Shown here in pieces: positions 33,581-34,553 of a stretch of 34,553 nucleotides of DNA (the first letter of the stretch is position 1; the number at the start of each line of letters is the position of its first letter). Source of the DNA: an uncultured Eubacteriales bacterium. Lineage in GTDB: Bacteria > Bacillota > Clostridia > Christensenellales > CAG-917. A program made the position numbers and the translations under genes. The notes beneath the pieces were generated by a model. The model was not told where the DNA came from. It worked only from the letters and a program-made list of their open reading frames with translations, and ran no database searches. Location of the stretch: positions 1-34,553 of the forward strand of contig URTQ01000002.1 in the NCBI GenBank assembly GCA_900550855.1, read 5' to 3'.

Positions 33581-34390
33581 TCACTCGATTCCGAATGAGT
33601 TTTTGAGCATAAAGCGGATTAAGGATTCGACGGAAGGGATTTCGCGAGCGGACGTTTGCACGAATCCGTACATCGCAAGAGGGGTGTCGCAAACGCATGA
33701 GATCGAGGGCATTTCGCCCAAGCAACTCTTTGCGGTTTGTGTGAGTATATCGCCGAAAAGGGCGGTTGTGACGACGGTGTCGAGAGAAGTCGGATTTGCG
33801 ATTATTGCGTCTACGGTTGCCGCAACGTCTTGCATATTCACCGACACGAAAGGATAGTCCTCGTTGACGTCGGCGACGATTTTGCGCCACAGTTTCGACG
33901 TGGTGAGTTTGTCCGCTTTGTCGGCGAGCGTGAGCGTGCGGCGAGAGTCGTTTGCAAGTTCGTACGCAACGCGTGCGGTGCGCTCGATTTCAAGTTCGCT
34001 GTACCTCTCGATGTCGTACGCTTCGCGACCGAAAGCGGCGTTGTCGGAAAAGCCTTTTTCGCCCTCGTATATTCCGCCGTTTTTGTCTTGTACAATGCAA
34101 AAGTCGCAGTTTACGTTGCCGTTTCGACGGGAAAAAGCTGTGATTTGCGCATATAAGCCGAGTTGCTTGCGTATGGAATCTACCGCAAGTTCTTCTTGCT
34201 TGTCGCTTGCGAAAAACAATATTGCGTTTGCCGTTTTTGCCTTTGCGATTAAGTTTTCGTCGGACAAATTTACCGTTTTGAAATCGAATTTGACGTACTC
34301 GTTTTCGTATGCGGAAATACATTTTTTCGCTTTCTCGAAAAAGTCGGTTTTAAGGGCGTTGTTCGTGTTTATCAAAAGTATGTCGTTCAT
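33581..34390 (-). CDS. Isopropylmalate/isocitrate dehydrogenase family protein, short and divergent
   Basis: ERTARVAYELA, LADKADKLTTSKLWRKIVADV, ALFGDILTQ align with the LeuB/Icd motifs ERIARVAFE, DKANVL..S.LWR, LFGDILSD. Only 269 aa, with no GDGIGPE-type N-terminus. Confidence 0.7.
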   Translation of the reverse strand: MNDILLINTNNALKTDFFEKAKKCISAYENEYVKFDFKTVNLSDENLIAKAKTANAILFFASDKQEELAVDSIRKQLGLYAQITAFSRRNGNVNCDFCIVQDKNGGIYEGEKGFSDNAAFGREAYDIERYSELEIERTARVAYELANDSRRTLTLADKADKLTTSKLWRKIVADVNEDYPFVSVNMQDVAATVDAIIANPTSLDTVVTTALFGDILTQTAKSCLGEMPSISCVCDTPLAMYGFVQTSAREIPSVESLIRFMLKNSFGIE

Positions 34391-34553
34391 ATGCGCGCGT
34401 ATATTATGCTTGTTAGAATAAGGATATAGTAAACCAAATAAAAAAGCGGGTCAAACGGTATTTTGCACGCGATTATGCGTATATTCTGTCGAAAATGTAT
34501 AAATATACCGAATAATTATAAATTTATTCATAAAATTCAAAAAAATATAAAAA

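Noticed and set aside
1-34553. Scan for tRNA, rRNA, CRISPR arrays, IS elements/transposases, integrases and prophage genes
   Set aside because: No T-loop/acceptor-stem tRNA structure, no regularly spaced direct repeats, and no transposase- or integrase-like ORFs were seen. The only repeats found are the two-copy structured element and short motifs reported above.

Overview
This looks like a core chromosomal segment of an anaerobic Firmicute of Clostridia type, with mid-range GC by eye. 32 of the 34 CDS called are on the + strand. Gene content in order:

- A complete rnfCDGEAB ion-translocating ferredoxin:NAD+ oxidoreductase operon (175-5514).
- A Ppx/GppA phosphatase.
- A reduced shape/division cluster of maf, a divergent mreB-like gene, minD and minE, followed by a small membrane protein and a SpoIVFB-like M50 protease.
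- A ROK sugar kinase.
- The conserved trio of B12-domain radical SAM protein (TIGR03960 type), DUF2344/TIGR03936 partner and RNase E/G-family nuclease.
- An MDR-fold dehydrogenase-like protein, an O-antigen-ligase-like membrane protein, a lipoprotein alpha/beta hydrolase (- strand) and an Orn/Lys/Arg-type PLP decarboxylase.
- A SCIFF ranthipeptide cassette. Its 48-aa six-cysteine precursor (21911-22057) is absent from the ORF track. The radical SAM/SPASM maturase follows it.
- ybaK, a 527-aa orphan membrane protein and rex.
- Two tandem paralogous membrane-anchored winged-helix-like proteins, the second overlapping the uvrB start.
- uvrB and uvrA, an AT-richer GIY-YIG nuclease gene, and a short isopropylmalate/isocitrate-dehydrogenase-like gene (- strand).

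I found no rRNA, tRNA, CRISPR array, IS element or prophage. The items most worth a second look are:

1. A structured intergenic repeat present twice (8827-8970 and 32524-32615), with conserved flanks and apex but compensatory changes in the stem.
2. The unannotated SCIFF precursor, driven by a consensus promoter whose -35 box sits inside a Rex-box-like palindrome.
3. The GIY-YIG gene flanked by that repeat and a bidirectional terminator.
4. The paralogous membrane wHTH pair coupled to uvrBA.
5. An array of TATCGATA palindromes around the rex promoter.

All function calls rest on motifs read by eye and on remembered family knowledge. No searches were run. Coordinates of hairpins and boxes may be off by 1-2 nt.
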